Positions 58,860-60,805 of a stretch of DNA of 60,805 nt are shown here, one piece after another. The first letter of the stretch is position 1; every line of letters starts with the position of its first letter. A program made the translations under genes and the position numbers. Source of the DNA: an uncultured Gemmatimonas sp. (lineage in GTDB: Bacteria; Gemmatimonadota; Gemmatimonadetes; Gemmatimonadales; Gemmatimonadaceae); assembly GCA_964529705.1 (NCBI GenBank), contig CAZHAG010000003.1, forward strand, positions 1 through 60,805, in the 5' to 3' direction. The notes beneath the pieces were generated by a model that saw only the letters and a list, made by a program, of their open reading frames with translations, was not told where the DNA came from and made no database searches.

Positions 58860-59885
58860 GTGAACCTGTTCCAGCAACAGGCCGCCAATCGCCGGAAGTC
58901 GCAGTGGCTGGTGGTGGTCTTCGTGCTGTTCTTCGCCTGGCTCGGCTTCGGCGGTGACTTCATCGCCTGGCAGTACAGCCTGGGCGCGCCGGCCGGGGAG
59001 TATCGCCACAGCTTCCCCTGGTTCGGCCTCGTGCTGTCCGCCATCGCCTTCGGGCTGGTGCGCCACATCCGCCGGACGGGCGCGCAGAAAGTGCTCTGGT
59101 CCGCGGGCGCATGGGAACTCGTCTCGGCAGACACCGAGGCCCAGCGCCGCCTCGAGAACGTGGTGGAGGAGATGGCGATCGCGGCGGGCGTCCCCCGCCC
59201 GACGATCTACATCATCGACGACCCGGACCCGAACGCCTTCGTCACCGGGACCGACATCCTCAAGAGCCACCTCGCCGTGACCAGCGGCCTGATCGAGATG
59301 CTGGACCGGGACGAGTTGCAGGGAGTCATCGCCCACGAGATGGGGCATGTCAAGAATCTCGACATGCAGCTGATGACCATGGTCGCGGGGCTCGCGGGAG
59401 CGATCGCGCTGATCGCGGACGGGAGCCTGCGGGTGCTCCGCCATGGTCGGCTCCTCGGTCGCGCAGGGGGCAGATCCGGCGGGGGAAAGGGCGGGAAGAA
59501 CGCCGGCCCCCTCCTCGCGATCCTCCTCGTGGTCTGGCTCGTCAGTTGGCTGCTGGCCCCCCTCATCACGCGGCTCCTGGCGCTCGGAATCAGTCGGAAG
59601 CGTGAGTACCTCGCGGACGCGATGGCCGCCCAGTTCACCCGGAATCCGGTCTCCCTGGCCTCCGCGCTGGACAAGATCGAGAAGGCTGGTGCGCCGACGC
59701 ATCGTATCAAGGGAGGGGTCGCCCACCTCTGCATCGCGGACCCCCTGGGACGACGGATGTCCGCAAAGCCGGGCTTGCTCGGGGACCTGTTCGCCACGCA
59801 TCCGCCGATGGCGCTGCGGGTCGCCCGCCTGCGCGCGATGGCGTTCCAGGCCGAGAAGCAGGGCGGTGACCTTCCGCCTGAATGA
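58860..59885 (+). CDS. htpX: HtpX-like M48 membrane metalloprotease
   Basis: PNAF, AHEMGH, SRKREYLAD and FATHPP motifs. Confidence 0.9.
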   Translation: MNLFQQQAANRRKSQWLVVVFVLFFAWLGFGGDFIAWQYSLGAPAGEYRHSFPWFGLVLSAIAFGLVRHIRRTGAQKVLWSAGAWELVSADTEAQRRLENVVEEMAIAAGVPRPTIYIIDDPDPNAFVTGTDILKSHLAVTSGLIEMLDRDELQGVIAHEMGHVKNLDMQLMTMVAGLAGAIALIADGSLRVLRHGRLLGRAGGRSGGGKGGKNAGPLLAILLVVWLVSWLLAPLITRLLALGISRKREYLADAMAAQFTRNPVSLASALDKIEKAGAPTHRIKGGVAHLCIADPLGRRMSAKPGLLGDLFATHPPMALRVARLRAMAFQAEKQGGDLPPE

Positions 59886-60261
59886 CAGTCATTCACCTGA
59901 CGGCACCTTCCCTGTCGTCCGGGGAGCTCGGCCGTCGAGCGTGAGCTGGCGAGCGGTGGAGAGGAGTTGCACGGCGAGCTTGAGTCGCCACCGGGGCGGG
60001 ATGAGCCGGCGGGATCGACCGGCGCGCGGGACGATGTCGCGCTGGGTTGTAGAGAAGCGGATTTGTGATTTTGCCGCGACCGATTCCACCGCCGCCGAGT
60101 GTATGCACTCGCATTTGCATCAGCATCCGCTAGAATGCATATAGATTTCACTTCCAGTCAATGCGCTAAAAGCGCATTTTTGCTGGTTTTATAGTGCATG
60201 TGTTATGTGACTTATCAAGTTCTGTAGGAAAGTCGGCAGTTTTTCCACACCGAGGGTCGTC

Positions 60262-60771
60262 ATGGCCAGAACGATCGCAGTGCTCGTCGGTCCGGAGTAT
60301 GAGGATCTCGAGGTCTGGTACCCGAAACTCAGGCTCGAGGCCGCCGGCTTCGACGCCCCACTCGTCGGTGCGGCCGGCGTTAACTACCGTGGAAAGCACG
60401 GGTACCCTGCACCGGTGGAGCGCGCGCTCTCTGATATCGACCCGGCCAGATTGGCGGGAGTGCTCGCACCCGGTGGTTGGGCGCCGGACAAGCTCCGCCG
60501 CGATCCCGCAGTGCTCGACCTGGTTCGACGGGTCCATTCCGATGGCGGTCTCGTGGCCACGATCTGCCACGGACCATGGATCCTGATCAGTGCCGGGATC
60601 GTACGCGGGAGGCAGCTCACGTCCACCGTCGGTATCCGGGACGACCTCGTGAACGCCGGCGCCGTGTGGGTGGACGAGGCCGTGGTCCGGGACGGGAACA
60701 TCATCTCGAGCCGGGTCCCGAAGGACCTGCCCGCGTTCGGCGAGGCGATGGTCGAGTTCCTGTCGGGGTGA
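60262..60771 (+). CDS. PfpI/DJ-1 family protein
   Basis: YEDLE, PGGWAPDKLR, ICHG and SR.P.DL motifs. Confidence 0.93.
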   Translation: MARTIAVLVGPEYEDLEVWYPKLRLEAAGFDAPLVGAAGVNYRGKHGYPAPVERALSDIDPARLAGVLAPGGWAPDKLRRDPAVLDLVRRVHSDGGLVATICHGPWILISAGIVRGRQLTSTVGIRDDLVNAGAVWVDEAVVRDGNIISSRVPKDLPAFGEAMVEFLSG

Positions 60772-60805
60772 TCCCCGACCAGGTCCGGGGCGTTCCGCGA
60801 CTTAC

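Noticed and set aside
4547-58863. Many long plus-strand and alternative-frame ORFs (e.g. 49259-52327, 40992-43790, 54460-57030)
   Set aside because: They are antisense or off-frame shadows of recognisable genes, expected in high-GC DNA, and are Arg/Pro/Gly-rich with no motifs.
59889-60126. Short minus-strand ORFs in the htpX-pfpI gap
   Set aside because: No motifs, no RBS and atypical codon usage.
60125-60213. dif-like sites (CTAGAA-TGCATA and TTATGTGACTT)
   Set aside because: Each matches only one arm; no 11-6-11 XerC/XerD site can be assembled.
57985-60261. oriC inferred from the strand switch and the AT-rich tract
   Set aside because: Only one DnaA-box match was found, and there are too few plus-strand genes to infer skew.

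Overview
Very GC-rich bacterial chromosome segment. Gene content and synteny suggest Gemmatimonadota, but that is inference only. Nearly everything from 1048 to 57984 is on the minus strand. In transcription order: tilS-hpt-ftsH-yggS-divIVA-pnp-ileS-dksA-lspA-rluD; a tightly overlapping ~19-gene signalling block; a small membrane ORF, tRNA-Val and a secreted TPR protein; the dcw cluster (rsmH to ftsZ, with no mraZ, murB or ddl); an M23 peptidase, a vWA membrane protein, ftsY and recG; then two putative outer-membrane barrels flanking a His/Cys-rich lipoprotein, and an asparaginase. The plus strand carries a truncated GspG-like pseudopilin and a membrane protein at the left end, and a small ORF-lemA-htpX plus pfpI at the right end. 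The best candidate for a new system is the block at 28909-47194. It is a receptor-less F1-like chemosensory set (3x cheW, cheY, cheA, cheC, cheR, cheD, cheB) split in two by an inserted module. That module holds MglA, three roadblock proteins, TPR scaffolds, two DUF4388 proteins with tandem MshEN-like c-di-GMP motifs, and a protein made of two intact DnaA-type AAA+ domains with no DNA-binding domain IV. No mobile elements, CRISPR arrays or rRNA were seen. Many start codons were re-chosen by hand from stop/start overlaps or RBS position. All family calls come from motif recognition, not database searches.
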